Notes: generated from the letters alone by a model not told the origin. Shown: positions 11,619 to 24,505, numbered from the whole stretch's first letter. The stretch is 59,919 nt of DNA, filler included, from Sphacelaria rigidula (GCA_964200075.2; 8 parts of 8 records of this genome joined end to end with filler, not necessarily neighbours in it); one strand, 5' to 3'. Numbers and translations are program-made.

Positions 11619-11989
11619 AATCATGACATATCAGGTCAGGAATTTTGTTTTCCACCGCACTTTTTCGATCCGAAACCCATGCGCTGACACAGGCTCTTTA
11701 GACAGGCCGTAACGGAATGGCAACAGATCCAGGTGTCGTGCTGCTAGCGCGTTGTAGACTACGAATCGTCTACACCGTCCTCGTACAGCTGAAGTTGCCG
11801 AGAATGAAGTTCCTAGGGCGGCAATCACGCAAGGAAACTCGCTCTGTTGGAAAACGGCTTTTTTTGCGATCACGCATTTTGTCATAGAAGATCGGAAGTG
11901 GCCCGGACTCCGTACAAAAATGACGAAGGTTCATTTTTTTATTTACATTTTGCACACCTTGGTGGTTATCCATGCTGGGGTTCAAATCA

Positions 11990-12430
11990 CAATTGTAAGG
12001 TTTGGGCTGAGGCCGCTCCTTATACTGGACAAGAATAAACATCTGGGAAGACAGTGTCTTTTTCACGTCGTTTTACTCCCCAAAAGAGAGCTGGGCGGAG
12101 TTTGACGCAGTTTTCATTTTGGCCAAACAAGAACTTTTGTCCAAGAACGGTGAATAACAGTCAAATCCAGATAAAGGTGCCTTCTTTTTCTGAACCTTCA
12201 TTGTTCTTTACCGTTCCTTGATACAACTTCTGGTGTGGCCAAAATGGAAACTGTGGCCACCGGAAAACGGGAAGATGTTCTGGAACTGCCTCAACTACTA
12301 GAGTAAGTCACTCCAAGGTGTCCACCCCGCCTACCTCTCTTTTGGGGCGTAAAACGACGTAAAAGCTTCAAAAATACACTTTCCCAGAGTTTGTGCTTTC
12401 GTCTATCATGACAAGCGGCCTGAAACATCG
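11990..12430. repeat. Imperfect nested inverted repeat (foldback-like)
   Basis: ACGTCGTTTTACTCCCCAAAAGAGAG (12065-) pairs with CTCTCTTTTGGGGCGTAAAACGACGT (-12360). CAGTTTTCATTTTGGCCA (12108-) pairs with TGGCCAAAATGGAAACTG (12236-). AGGCCGCT/AGCGGCCT pair further out. Confidence 0.75.
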
Positions 12431-12788
12431 ATACGACACTCGAGAGCAAAGTGTATTTATCCTGAAAACTGCACTAAAAACACGGAAGGAAAATGAAAAA
12501 AATGTAACCGGCGATTTGATTCATTTTAGAGTGCACTACCGGTTCTCCACACAAAATGTCGTACCACAATTGTAAAAAACCAAGACGCGATATCCACAAT
12601 TACAGTACGCAGTGCCTCTGCTGGATTTAGTACTGAAAGCCATGTGCGCTATATCTCGAGATGAATTACGAAACACGTTAGGGTGAGGGTATATATGAGC
12701 TCTCCTCGCGCTCCGGGGGAGGTCCGCACCAGAGATCGTAATCCACTAAGTGCATCGTTCGGGTTCCCCATCAAATTTTAGTGTGGAC

Positions 12789-12988
12789 GCTATCGCCGCA
12801 GGGTACGGGGATTACTCGACCCGGGGTTTAATCAACGAGAAAATATTGACGCTGGTTCTTGATGACATGAATACTTTCCACTTGATTACGCGGGTAATAC
12901 GATTACATGCGGATCACAATCTACCTCGTCTGTGTAGATAAGATAGTGCTTTTGGAGCTGGAATCTTTTTTTAGGCTGGCCCAGCTCG
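12789..12988. mobile_element. Right end of the CGAGCT-terminated TIR family
   Basis: Aligns with 2657-2853 and ends AGGCTGGCCCAGCTCG|TA. Confidence 0.8.
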
Positions 12989-13289
12989 TATATTTTACAT
13001 GCAGATGAATAGAGCATGGCAGACAGACCGAAAGCGCAAGCCCCAGAACATTTAGCGGTCCCTCACACACAGGGCAGCTGAGTAGTACGATGTGGATCAG
13101 TGCAATAATACAGCACGTATGCGGCGCAGCAGAGTGTTGAGCACTATTGTTTCCAAATTAGCTCGACTGTTCTGTCGAACACCTGCCACCGCACGAGTAC
13201 AAGCTCTGCGTTCGCCAACATCCGGAACGCTTGGTAATTCGAAAGACGTAGGGTTTTCGAGCACCGAAATCTCAGCGATCCGGTCGGAT

Positions 13290-13830
13290 ACATGAAATTC
13301 CCTACAAGTATTTCGTTATGTAGGGCCCCAACATTTCGGTTATCGATATGGAAGTTTGTAAGCCGTGCAGCAGTTGTTGGTAGACGCGAGCAGGTGAAGG
13401 AATGGCAGCATGCTTCGAACGTTTGGTATGGGTAGCAATGCTGAAATCCTCTCGGTTGTCATCGTCACCGGCAAGCTCCGTCATCGATTTCGATGACCGG
13501 CTTTTATAACATCCAGGCAGAGAGTAAACAAGGAGACCGGGAACCGACTTTGACATACCTCTATGTGGCCGCGCCTCGTCCTTTCATCACGACGCGCAAC
13601 GATGCGGGCGAATCGAACTTGTCGTATTTCAACCTCGGCTCCCGGTGTCCTGGATTATTCGGTGGCTCCGAGTCGTGTACTATTGCTTCGATGTTTTTAC
13701 CTCGCGATATGATGTCGGTTTGTACATGAGAAAAGTACATGCCAACGTTTGCAGAAAAACTACAGGTGTCGGTAACATCCGAGACCTCGACAGTCGGATG
13801 CTCGACGCTGTTCACGCAGTTCGACACCAG
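13290..13830 (-). pseudogene. Decayed LTR-retrotransposon integrase (HHCC and core remnants)
   Basis: Minus-strand pieces HPTVEVS...HVQTDIISRGK resemble an HHCC domain. LHLLASTNNCCTAYKLP/ITEMLGPYITKYL resembles TAYHP..TER...I..YL. Confidence 0.45.
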
Positions 13831-14092
13831 CTCTCCTGTGCTGAATGGCCACTTCGTCAGTACCTGCGCGTACTGGATGCAAAATTGTTTTGAGATATTG
13901 GCTACGGCCGCGTTTCATGTGACGTCGTGGGTTGTCTTCGTAGACCGCCGGAGCCCCAACATGGCTTATTCCAACGTCCAGAATCCGTCAGTACTGTGAA
14001 ATGGGTGAAAATCAGCTTTTTCAGCGTGCATGACCGCTATCATCGGCAGCCGGTACTATCGGGTACTGTTGTTCGTAAGCCTAAGTGGAAAT

Positions 14093-14844
14093 TATCATCA
14101 GCGACATCATATCTAACCTCCTAAACGCGCCAGTACGCATGACGTGGTGGACCGCATACTAGATGGGTTCGAGTATCCACGGGAGGAGATATCAGACGAA
14201 GCGGCAGTACTCTCGGGTTCCCAGTAGCTGGGATGTTGCAACTATCACCAGCGACTTCGTATGTTACTTCCTCAAGGCGCCAGAAAGCATGACCTGGTGT
14301 ACCGCATACTAGATGGATCCGAGCATCCACGAGAGGAGATGTCAGACGAAGCGGCAGTACTCTCGGGTTCGTAGTAGCTGACCTGTATACTGTTCGAAAG
14401 AGTTGCGATGCCGGTCGCTATTTTTGGTATCTCTTCTTGTCGTCACTCGAGGGCCCCTTTGCCCGTCGGGTAGGAGTCAGACACCTTGAATATTGAAGTT
14501 ATCGTCAGCGACTTCGCATTTCACTACCTGGAGGCGCCAGCAAGCATGACCTGGTGGACCGCATACTAGTAGGGTTCGAGTATCCACGGGAGGAGATATC
14601 AGACGAAGCGGCAGGACTCTCAGGTTCCAAGTAGCTGGGATGTGGGAAGTATCACCAGCGACGTCGTATGTCACCGCCTCAAGGCGCCAGAAAGCATGAC
14701 CTGGTGGATCGCATACTAAATGGGTTCGAGTATCCACGAGATGAGATATCAGACGAAGCGGCAGTACTCTCGGATTGGTAGCAGCTGACGTGCATACCAT
14801 TCGAGAGGGGTGCGATGCCGGTCGCTATTTTGGTATCTCTTCTT
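14093..14844. repeat. Higher-order tandem repeat: four 150-bp units arranged as two 407-bp blocks
   Basis: Units start at 14093, 14243, 14500 and 14650 (TATC.[CT]CAGCGAC...). A shared tail TGCGATGCCGGTCGCTATTTT..GGTATCTCTTCTT lies at 14404 and 14811. Confidence 0.95.
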
Positions 14845-15331
14845 AACAGGGTTGCCAGAAAAATGAGAACGTATTTTGAAATGAGAATCAACCGCTCCCC
14901 GGGATTNNNNNNNNNNNNNNNNNNNNNNNNNNNNNNNNNNNNNNNNNNNNTTAATTAATTAANNNNNNNNNNNNNNNNNNNNNNNNNNNNNNNNNNNNNN
15001 NNNNNNCTTAGTCGGTGGCTCTGCGGTACCCACTGGTGTGTGTCTGTATCTACTCTGCTGCCCTGAATCCCTTGGGCATTTTCCTTTTTTTTTTTTTCCC
15101 CATCGTGTCATTGAATTTTATTTAATTTGCTTTGAACTTTCTTCTTCATTTCCCTTTTTTTTCTTTTAGGTCGGCCATTTCTTTCTGTGCTTTGCTTTGT
15201 TGACTTTTTTATTACTTTTTTTTTTGTCACAACTTAGTCTGCTATGTCGTTCTGTTCGACCCCTCTTTTTTTTTGTCCTCTATATTCCTTTGTTTTTTCC
15301 TCAGAGCGTACTTCAGTTTCGTTTTTCTTGG

Positions 15332-15440
15332 GTACGTCTATCACGAGACCACGGCTGGACCCCTGGGGGGTCAGTTGAAGTGCGACAGTCAATCAATCAA
15401 TCAATCAATCAACGAATCAACGAATCAATCAATCGATCAA
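15332..15440 (+). mobile_element. Non-LTR retroelement 3'-end fragment with a (TCAA)n tail
   Basis: GACCACGGCTGG...TCAGTTGAAGTGCGACAG followed by TCAA repeats. Related copies lie at 16256-16350 and 18591-18677. A similar CCACGGGTTCGCGAGAT..GACTA motif with an (AAT)n tail lies at 34060-34110 and 45023-45100. Confidence 0.6.
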
Positions 15441-16519
15441 AGAACAACAGCAACATCTTCTCCCTACCCCCGGAGAAACACTCTCACGCGCCATACACAG
15501 GCACACACACACTCGCCCGCTTCGCCGCGCTCATCGGCAGCAGCCGCATCCTGAGTCACCGTTTCGGCTTCCCGTTCCTGATGCTCCTGTAACTGTCGCC
15601 GCCTCTCAGCACTGAGTTTGTTGGCCAGGTCTCCTGACGCGGGGAAAAAAATGAAACAAAGGGAACAAAAATAAGTCAATGAATGGCTGGCTTACGGAAG
15701 AGCAGTTACATGCCAGTCCTTTCGTGCAATGCGGACAAACGCGAAGAGACAAAACAAAAAAAGGGTAAATATTGGGGGGCGTACTTACTGTTATCCGGAG
15801 CATGGTGACAGAAACACCATTCTGCTCGAAAATCCACCGAGGGGGGAGGGAGGTGCTGCGCATACTACTGTATTATTTTCCGCCACTTTCGCCGCTTCAC
15901 ACAGGTTACTACCGAGCGCTGCGCATGTTCACTTTTTATGCATCGTATCGGCTGTTGTTCAATTATCATTGTAACCAAATCAAGAGAAATAGCAGCAGCC
16001 CATTGGCTACCCCTATTACTTCTTTGCGAACCTTGTCAGCCGTATCGCGCTTGACCGAGGGCTCTTGAGGCCTTTTTTCGGTTGCATGATGAGTTTTGTT
16101 TCCGTTTTTTTTTTTTTTCTGTTGTTTTTATTGTCTATGATTGTTCTTTGTTTCTGAGTTTGCTCCGTGTCTTGTTTCTATTCTTGTGTTTGCGTTTTCC
16201 CTCCATCTTTCTTCTTTCTTTAGCCAACGTTTCCGCTTTGTATACCTTGGCTACTATACGTCTATCTCGTCGATATCTACCGACCACGGCTGGGTCCCTC
16301 GCGGATCAGTTAACGGGCCATACTCAGTCAACCAAGCGACCAATCAACCAATAATAGAGACCTCGTACTAGCCGAGCGTCAAGAAGGCAACCCAGAAACA
16401 CAGATGGACCTCTCCTGATCTATAGTTGCCTCTGTGTATAAATTCCGCCTTCTTCTCGGTCGCTAGGCACAACGCTGTCGAATGCCTACTTACCGTGACA
16501 ACTGTTTTCTATTGTACCC

Positions 16520-16758
16520 CCCCCCCCAAATGATGGCTATACTAGCTGATAGATGGTGGCCACAGACTGCGAAACAGGACGGGGATAAAACATATAAAAG
16601 GTTTTTGTGTAATGTATCGAAGAAACGTAATGAGCGCCGAAGTGTTGGGTGTGTTTCTATTGGGAGTAGGAACGGTGCTCCGTCTCGAAAGGGATGCGTG
16701 GTCATTGGTCAAACGACTGAGGCAAGCAAGAAGTGAGTACGCCCCCCCTTCCCCCCCC
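16520..16758 (+). mobile_element. 5'-truncated LINE 3' end ending in poly(C)
   Basis: Encodes AILADRWWPQTAKQDGDK...KKRNER...SRNGAPSRKGCVV.GQ..EASKK*, followed by GTACGCCCCCCC, with C-runs on both sides. Further copies lie at 32036-32121(+) and 45713-45865(-). The LINE ORF2 C-terminus assignment is from recall of similar brown-algal repeats. Confidence 0.65.
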
Positions 16759-17497
16759 GAGGGGGCGGCGCCGACAGGCCATGGGTATGGGCCTTGTAAT
16801 GTTGTGCAGGCCGATCAAAACCTGTCATCATGAAGTTTTTCAATGTAGAGATGCTATGTAGTGCCGACTCCTATATAACAGTCACCAAGAGCAATGCACC
16901 ACCCGAGGGTTTCGAGCAGGATATCCTTTCACATCCCGTACAGTGAATAACATTGGCAAAAAGTGTACTGCATACAGTCAGTATGGAATGAATGAATCAA
17001 AATTGCGCGCTGGATGATGACAACACGTTAGACAAAATAATCGATACTGTACGCAGTACACCTTTTGCTGAGGTAATCTGTTGGCCGGGGTATGGTATTT
17101 TGAGGTACTTGTCCGTATCCTTGACCACTCCATCGGTAGACGAGTCGCACGCTGTGTCCACAACGACTGTCGATGCCCGCTTGCCTCAGGTGTCTGCGCG
17201 CTGGTCGCAAAGGTGCGCGGCTGGTACAGGGCGGGCGACCTGTGTGCTCGCTGGGTTGCGGCCGCCCAGTCCATGAAGCAGTTACGAGCGCTTCTACTCC
17301 TTCTGCAGCAGCACAGACAGCTAATGCCGAAAAGAGTGCTGTTTCAGGGGGTAATATGGGGTGTATGTCAACGCGCTGACGATTCTCAACCTCATGACAG
17401 CTGCTCCTCTTTTCGACTACAATACCCCACCCCCTTCCAACGCACATCGTTCATTCGTCGAAGGTATCCTACCCTGCGTGCTTTCCTGGCTATTTTG

Positions 17498-17728
17498 CAA
17501 GGCTGTGTTCTGTAGAGTATACCGGCTGAGATGCGGGTATTTACAGGAGAAGTATGAAACAGGTCTTTTATCGGTAAACACCCGTCTGGATCATGCCGGA
17601 GTGTTCGGAGCAGCGCTCGATATCCTTCCGAACCATACCGGAATATTCACTACACATTTCGGTATGGTATATACAGTATGCCAGCCAAAAGCCCCCCACC
17701 TTCCGGGTGCCTCCTACAACACACCTTC
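17498..17728. mobile_element. Degenerate MITE
   Basis: CAAGGCTGTGTTCTGTAG ... CCTACAACACACCTT form imperfect TIRs. An internal inverted motif CATACCG/CGGTATG is present. Confidence 0.45.
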
Positions 17729-19252
17729 CGGGTATACCCTATTTTGTACTTGTACACACACACGATTGCGGCGGTTTCGTTTTATCGTGCTGGTCACTAC
17801 TGTTTTCTGCCTGTCTGGCGGACGGAAGACCTGTACCGACTCTCGGAAATTCGCATTTTGACCAACCTCATGTTAATGGCTAGGATCCCAACACGGCTGC
17901 TTGTTGGACAATAATAGAGAGACTAGCTATTTATCTTCAAATCTTCATTTTTTCGTGTAAGGATTCTGTCTTACGATGCCACCGGTAGCTGGATCGTTGG
18001 AAATATCCATTCGAAATACATCTCTCGATATATAGGTAGGCCTGTTGCTTCAATAGCGCAAGCAGGTCCTGGCGTCCCGACAAGATCGAGTTTGGATAAT
18101 GACATGTGACAGAGGGTGAGATAACCAAGGTCGATACGGTCAAGAGATATGCCGTGGACCGGAACGGTAGGCACGTTAGGACCTCCTCGTACACGTGATA
18201 CGTGTGTTTATGCCTTTTTATATTTGCAATCAAGTTGACGATATATATTTTTTTAATACCTCACCTGCGTGATTGGGGCATAACGATCGTTAAATCTCCA
18301 GGCTCGCCCTTTGAAAGTATTTCCGGGCACTGACTACCGGTATTCCCGTACCAAGTCAAAAGTGTATTGAAAAAAATGGACCTCGGTGCATGCTGCAGGG
18401 GCCGTTCGTTGACTTCTTTATTTATCACGGCGATTCTTCTCCTCATCGGGACCGGTACGTCTTGCTCTTACGCTTTCGTTTTCGTTTTCGTTTTCGTTGT
18501 ATTTTCGTTTTTTCTGCTTGTAATTCGTCTCTCGTTTTTTCTTTTCATCATTCCCTCTTCTCGAGTCTCGATCGACTCAAGCGAGTGTTTGTACCCCCAT
18601 CCCGTGACCATGGCCGGATCCCTCTCGCGGATCAGTTAAAGTGCGACAATCAACCATGCAACCGACCAACCAATCAAGAGCCTCTATGTCGAATCTTAAA
18701 TCTGCCGAGATGTCCGTCACGGCATGAGCCGAATACGACAAATCCTCATTTCCCACCCCAAAAATCGGGCATAGGCAGGCCGAGGGAGGGGGGGAGGAAG
18801 TGACGGGGTATATGTTCTTCCGACGAATTTCAGAGTCGCTTCGAGGTATGAAGCCAGTGGGGAAGCAGAGGAACGACACGGTCGATCCCACGCTGCTCGT
18901 GTCAACGCCACCATCAAATCCTTTTGATAGTGCAGGCGACGTGTGTATCGTGGGCTTTTGAGTACCTATTGTCGAGCTCGGATTGATCATCACAAATGAC
19001 AACGACAACAAAAAAGAACGAAGTGAATCTTTGAAGCACACTGTAAATAAAAATAAAAACTGACACGCGGTATTCGTTCTTACTAATCTTGACCCACCTG
19101 CGTACGATCCCGGATGATAGCCATCGAACACTTTCCTTTTTAGCCATCCTGGGTTAGCTTTTGACTTCGACGAAGCCCCTTCTCCGTCTTCTGTTGAGAC
19201 GCCACGTCACGCACAGCGAACCAGCCAAGAGGACGATGAGCAGGACGGGGAT

Positions 19253-19860
19253 GGGGGGGAAGGGGGGTACTCATGATCTTGCATGCCGTAGTCATAAGGC
19301 CATTGACCTCGCATCCCTACAAAGCCGGGACGAGGCACGCCGGGTTTTCGCCCGACCAGGTTCGCTGTCAATCACCAAGCGCGTCACCAAGCGCGAAGCG
19401 CCGTGGTGTGTTCGGCGAATCACATGAAGGGTGAACTGCATCCTGCTACGATTGTTCGGCCCTAATCCTACTGATTATCTTGCATTTGGAATACAGCCTT
19501 CAATGAGCTGCTTTATTTTCTGGTATCGCCACTTCCAGAGACAACCACGGCTTACACACTGCCTCATGGGCGTCTCACCATTTAAATACTACGTAGTATG
19601 ATCATCCCCCTTGCGCGGAATTTAGGCTTTCCCACCCCGCATAATATGATCTGGCTCAACCACCATCATGGTTACCGCAAAAAAAAAAACGCCCGGACGC
19701 AAGAAAAAAACTGTAGCCTAGTTGCCTAGCGTACGCAGCGAGTAGCGGGTTTTACAGCGTCATTGCCAACCGACGCCAAGCCCATAGGGGGTGCGTCCCG
19801 ACGAAGCCCGGGCGGAGCACGCCGGGTTTTCGCTGGACCAGGCTGAACGGGCAGGAGGGG
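19253..19860 (-). mobile_element. ~570-bp non-autonomous retroelement (SINE-like) with a LINE-derived 3' end and poly(C) tail
   Basis: Reverse complement of 26544-27105 over its full length. On the minus strand it ends CATGAGTACCCCCC. Confidence 0.8.
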
Positions 19861-22574
19861 AGATAGGGGACATTCGACTCATCATAACTCTCCAAGAAAC
19901 CATGTCTTTAGACAGGCAAGGGTACCCAGCGATGAAGAGGCTCGCAACACGTGTTAGCAGCTGAGAAGCAGACACCGTGACCCGGGTACCTTTTCAAGGC
20001 TTTTTTTTCTCATTGCAATGCGGTACTGGGGTACCACAGGTAACGATGCATATCACATGTACGTATAATAGTACAGAACCCTCCTTGCGACACATTCTAT
20101 GGTGGTGAGTTTTCGATTATTGTTGGCACCGTGTTGATATCTACCAAGATTAACAAAAAGTCGTCAGTGCATCTGCGCCAGCGAATATTTTAGCCCATGT
20201 TGCGCACAGCACATACAAACTGTTGGGACGGCTATGTGCGGCGGTTTCCCGCACACGAAAAACTTAGGCGGCAGAGTTATCGCCGAAGGCGAAGCAAAAA
20301 TCTGCGGGGGGTGCTTTCACCGGTAGGCGATTTTTTTTGGAGGTTGTTTCGATGGAGGCTTTTTTTTTGCGCTCTTTTATGGGGAAATCCCATAGACTGT
20401 TGGCTTCCGGCAGCCTCTACGCGGGGGACGGCCCTAGGCGGACCGCCCCCCCCTCCCCCGGGGGGCCGAAGAATGCCTGCAGCTCTCGTCTACGCTGGCG
20501 CAGACGGAGCCCCCGAGACTGTATTATCCACAGTGTCTACCGTACAGTGGGGGGTCCCATCACAGTACGGGCCTCTAGAACCGGCGAAATTGCCCAAACA
20601 CTTCCCGCCCGTCCTGTGTGAAGTGGAACGCATCCGCTGTACGGGGGGGGCACCTATGTACCCTGCGACACAGTTTTGACGACCCCTGAGGTACTTTTTC
20701 TCAGAGTCGACAAGTGATGACCCGGGGGTGCTATCTAGGGGGATGATGATTTCCCACGTACCCCTGTGGAGACGTGGTGTCGAAGGTAGCCGACAACTTC
20801 TCATCCCAGGGTGTCATTCAGAGAGGGCGGGGCAGGGGGGTGGGGGAGGCGGAGACCTTGGTCTGCAGACTACGAACAGGGAGTACACCTTCTCGAGATA
20901 CATTATCTTGGTGGAAGCACTCAAAGGGTGGCAGTGAGGATAATTTTACACCAACCCCCGACAGGTTTTCGGGAAAGTGCACCTACATACCCTCATTACT
21001 TCAGGTCAGACAGCTCCCCGGTATTTGAGCATCGAAGCGGAGCCTCCACGTTCAGAACGTCGTCCGAGATGTTCCATTCAGTTGTGCTCAGGCTATAGTA
21101 GAGCGCCATTTCCCCAGGAAAATCCACCGGATCCTTTAATCTTGCTAATCTTTCGTCCATCGAAACACGCTCTAAGCGCAAATACTATGACTTATGCTTG
21201 GTGTCTGTTTTGTTTACTGCAACGTTTTGCAATTGAGTCCGATAGTGGGGTTTTCCGTCGCATGAGCATTCTTCCCTTGGAAAAGGAATGGAAGATCGAG
21301 ACGACACATCCCTCCGGCCAACGGTTCTTGACAGGCTTGGGATCATCATTACTTCCTCGTTGCAGAAGTACAGATTGGCGGCTGCAGATCAACGCCACTC
21401 TTCTGCAGGATGACGATAAGGGAATACGAAGGGATTCTTCCAAGTGGCGAAAAGCACCGCTGAAAAGAGCGGCTTGATCCCTCCACCGCGTTAGGGACTC
21501 AGAGCGGCACAGACGGTGTCGGTAAGATGCCAGGACACGCTCCTTGTCCGAGCAACGGAGGAGGTCGAGTGTTTATACCGAGGGTGCAAAACGGCTGGGG
21601 TGAGGCCAATGAAGCAGCTTCACGCCTGGTTGATGCTGGCAGGATGGTTCCCTTTCGTTGACCTCACCCCAGCTTTGTGCCCCCGGCATAGATCTAACGG
21701 CGGCCTTCTCCATCGCTTTGACAAGACAGCGTGTCTTGGCATCTCATCGACACGCTCCTCTGCAGTAGGATTCTCCACCTAGCGCAACACCCCTTCGCAT
21801 CCCTCACATCGTCTCAACTGTACCCTTTCTTGTGCTGACTGCACTGCTACTGCTTCTCTACCGTACAAACATGCGAACTTACGTCATCAGCGACTGAACA
21901 CCATGGCACGAAACAGTCAGCGTGTCATCTCTCTCTACCGAACACAGTCTACGGCACACTATTGCCATCCGCGCATAGTGTTCCGCAACCACACTGCAGA
22001 CAGTGTGAAGCTATGCTGCAACACAAGAGGGATTGGGCAGAGACGGCAAAGACTACGAGAACAATAAAAATCACGCCTGTGGCCAATGTTTGATGTTTCC
22101 TATACTTGATTGGTCGTTACCCAAGTGGTCTAATACGGCTTCCTTGCGAGGGTTTTCAGCTGTAGTTCATTTGTGGGGGAACAAAGTGGCCATTCTGACC
22201 AATCACAACTTTCAAAATGATCACTCGCTTCCTCTCGGGCTTCGTTCCTGGCTTAGGAATTTCGCGGAAATCTTCCAAATACAGATGGTTGACTTCGTGA
22301 GCTTTCTTGCTGTTCTGCGAACAGCCCCCCCCCCCCCCCCCCCCCCCCCCCTCGCGACCCCCCACCCACCCCCCCTCCCCACCCGCGGCACCCCACTCCA
22401 CGGCGCGCCNNNNNNNNNNNNNNNNNNNNNNNNNNNNNNNNNNNNNNNNNNNNTTAATTAATTAANNNNNNNNNNNNNNNNNNNNNNNNNNNNNNNNNNN
22501 NNNNNNNNNCCTGCTACAAAGACCAAAAATAAAGGCAAAAAAAAAATAATTCCCCCCCCCCCCCCCCTCCCCTG

Positions 22575-22917
22575 CGATACGACACCCATGTGGCAGTGTA
22601 ACCTGTGGCCGTCTCTGGAATTGGCGGCACCAGAAAATGAAGCAACTCATTCGAGGCTGTCATCCAAACGCAAGATAATCAGTACGCTGGTGGACCGCAA
22701 GATATTAGCAGGATGAAGTTCACTCTCCATGAGAGTCGCCGAACATATCACGGCGCTTCCCGCTCGGTGATGAACTACGAGCCTGGTCCAGCGATAAGCC
22801 GGCGTGCTCCGTCTCGGCTTTGTAGGGATGCGAGGTCAATGGTCATATGACTATGGCATGCAAGATCATGAGTACCCCCCCCCCCCCCATGCATGATCAT
22901 GAGTACACCCCCCCCTC
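22575..22917 (+). mobile_element. 5'-truncated copy of the poly(C)-tailed element with a duplicated 3' terminus
   Basis: Starts just after a long C-run and ends GATCATGAGTAC(C)n-ATGCATGATCATGAGTACA(C)n. Confidence 0.8.
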
Positions 22918-23160
22918 CTGTTACGGTAAGATAAGCCTGATTGTTTCTGCAAAGTGGGAAGTAGTTTACCGAGTTTGTGCCCGTGAAACGGCGTTTCCAG
23001 GGGGCAAGAGAGACTCATGTGTACAAGTGTTGGATCTCCACTTCAGTTGAGTTCATGCCTCGATCACGCACATATTTATTTTTCTCCCGTCATCCACTCC
23101 TCTTCCCCCCCAATCACGTATTGTGCTCGTGTGCTTTTGTTTCTGTGACCGTGATCCAAG

Positions 23161-23372
23161 TTTCCCCTTTCGTGCCGATCAACGCGTCTCCGAAGGGCAT
23201 CGGAACCCTGTTTGAGCGCGGAGATGAGGTGATCCGAGAGCTGTCCAGCACGGAGTACACTGAGGTTTTGAGGGACTGGGCACCCCTAGCTGGTTTTGCC
23301 GCGAACGAAGTCGCCGACCCCGACATCAAAGAGGCGGCAACACGAATCAGGAATGTCTTGAGGGGCATGGCG
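23161..23372 (+). CDS. Internal exon A of a GNAT-like hypothetical protein
   Basis: CCAAG| acceptor and |GTGAGT donor, 212 nt, phase 1 to 0. Encodes (V)SPFVPINASPKGIGTLFERGDEVIRELSSTEYTEVLRDWAPLAGFAANEVADPDIKEAATRIRNVLRGMA. Confidence 0.7.
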
Positions 23373-24505
23373 GTGAGTATCTCGGTTCCTTGAAACTGTT
23401 CGTGTGACGGCGTTCTGATTCATTGTGCGTGTGCTTGGCTAGTTATTCATTGCAACTCTCCAGTCCCCCCTGACGCCCTCTTTTTATGTTGGTTCAGTTT
23501 CTTGTGAGGGGTTTCTGCTCTCACCCACTTGACCGTAAAACAGTCCTCATGATTTCTTCTGTGACGTCCCGAACAGTTCCGAAATATTCCGAAATATAAA
23601 ATATATGGCCCTCGAGTACCAACTTAGTGCGTGTGTTTGTAAGGACTGTACTATTAACAGTAGCTTCAGTAGCTTCAATAGCCTTAGTGATGATGGTGGT
23701 GGTGTTAGTGTTGTGGTCGTGCAGTCATGCTCCACACGGTAGATGCTTTGTTGATGCAAGAACGGGGCTATGTGGCGAAAAAATACGGTTTCACGAACAC
23801 TTCAACACCCGGAATGTCAGTCGTCGCAGTAGGATGACAAATGAACGTACTCCGTTACCACTGAGGTTTTACGCTCTGTGAGTTTTCATGCCATTGCCCC
23901 GTAGCTGTGTTGAACCACGTGGTGGATTATGTAGACTACGTGGTTAATGTCGTACTCCATAAATAGCCGCGTTGTCCACGATCGTCATATGCCGGTGACT
24001 CTTGTTTTTATCATAGTCCACCTGCCACATGCGCGTTCCTCCTCTCCATTCTCATTACCCACTTCGAGGTAGATTTGGCGATTGTCATGTAACCTCCCGA
24101 ATGAAGTTCGATCTTTTACTTTCGTCTTCGGGGATACACACCGCAGCTCTGTACCTTGGTGAAAAGCTTGCTGGAATGCTCATGTGTGCGCTAGTACTAA
24201 TCTACTTTTCCCTGCATTATTGATGACATGTTCTGTGTCTTTTATCGTTCGAGTCAAAAGGGTGCGTATTCCCTGTGTCGAGACTCCATCATCCATTTGG
24301 CAAACCTCAACCGCTTGTAGTCTGCAGGATGGGGGGATGTCGGTGCTTGCGTCAGCCTCAAATCGGTACGTTGACCGATGCTGGGTACGTACCACTCATG
24401 AATAGAGCACGCGAACCTATTGACCCACCTGTAGTTTCTCACGACACCCTATCCCCCTTCCCCATCATCTGCTATACGGACACGCGGTGTCGAACGCTTG
24501 CACAG

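Noticed and set aside
14093-14844. CRISPR array
   Set aside because: The units are 150 bp and homologous throughout, with no unique spacers and no cas genes, in a eukaryotic context.
16482-16736. Fanzor/IS607-type element targeting G/C runs
   Set aside because: No RuvC, zinc-finger or serine-recombinase motifs are present. The fixed 3' ends with variable 5' truncation fit retrotransposition better.
20160-20689. hAT-like element ending GACGACCCCTG
   Set aside because: Only one candidate terminus was found, with no matching TIR or TSD.
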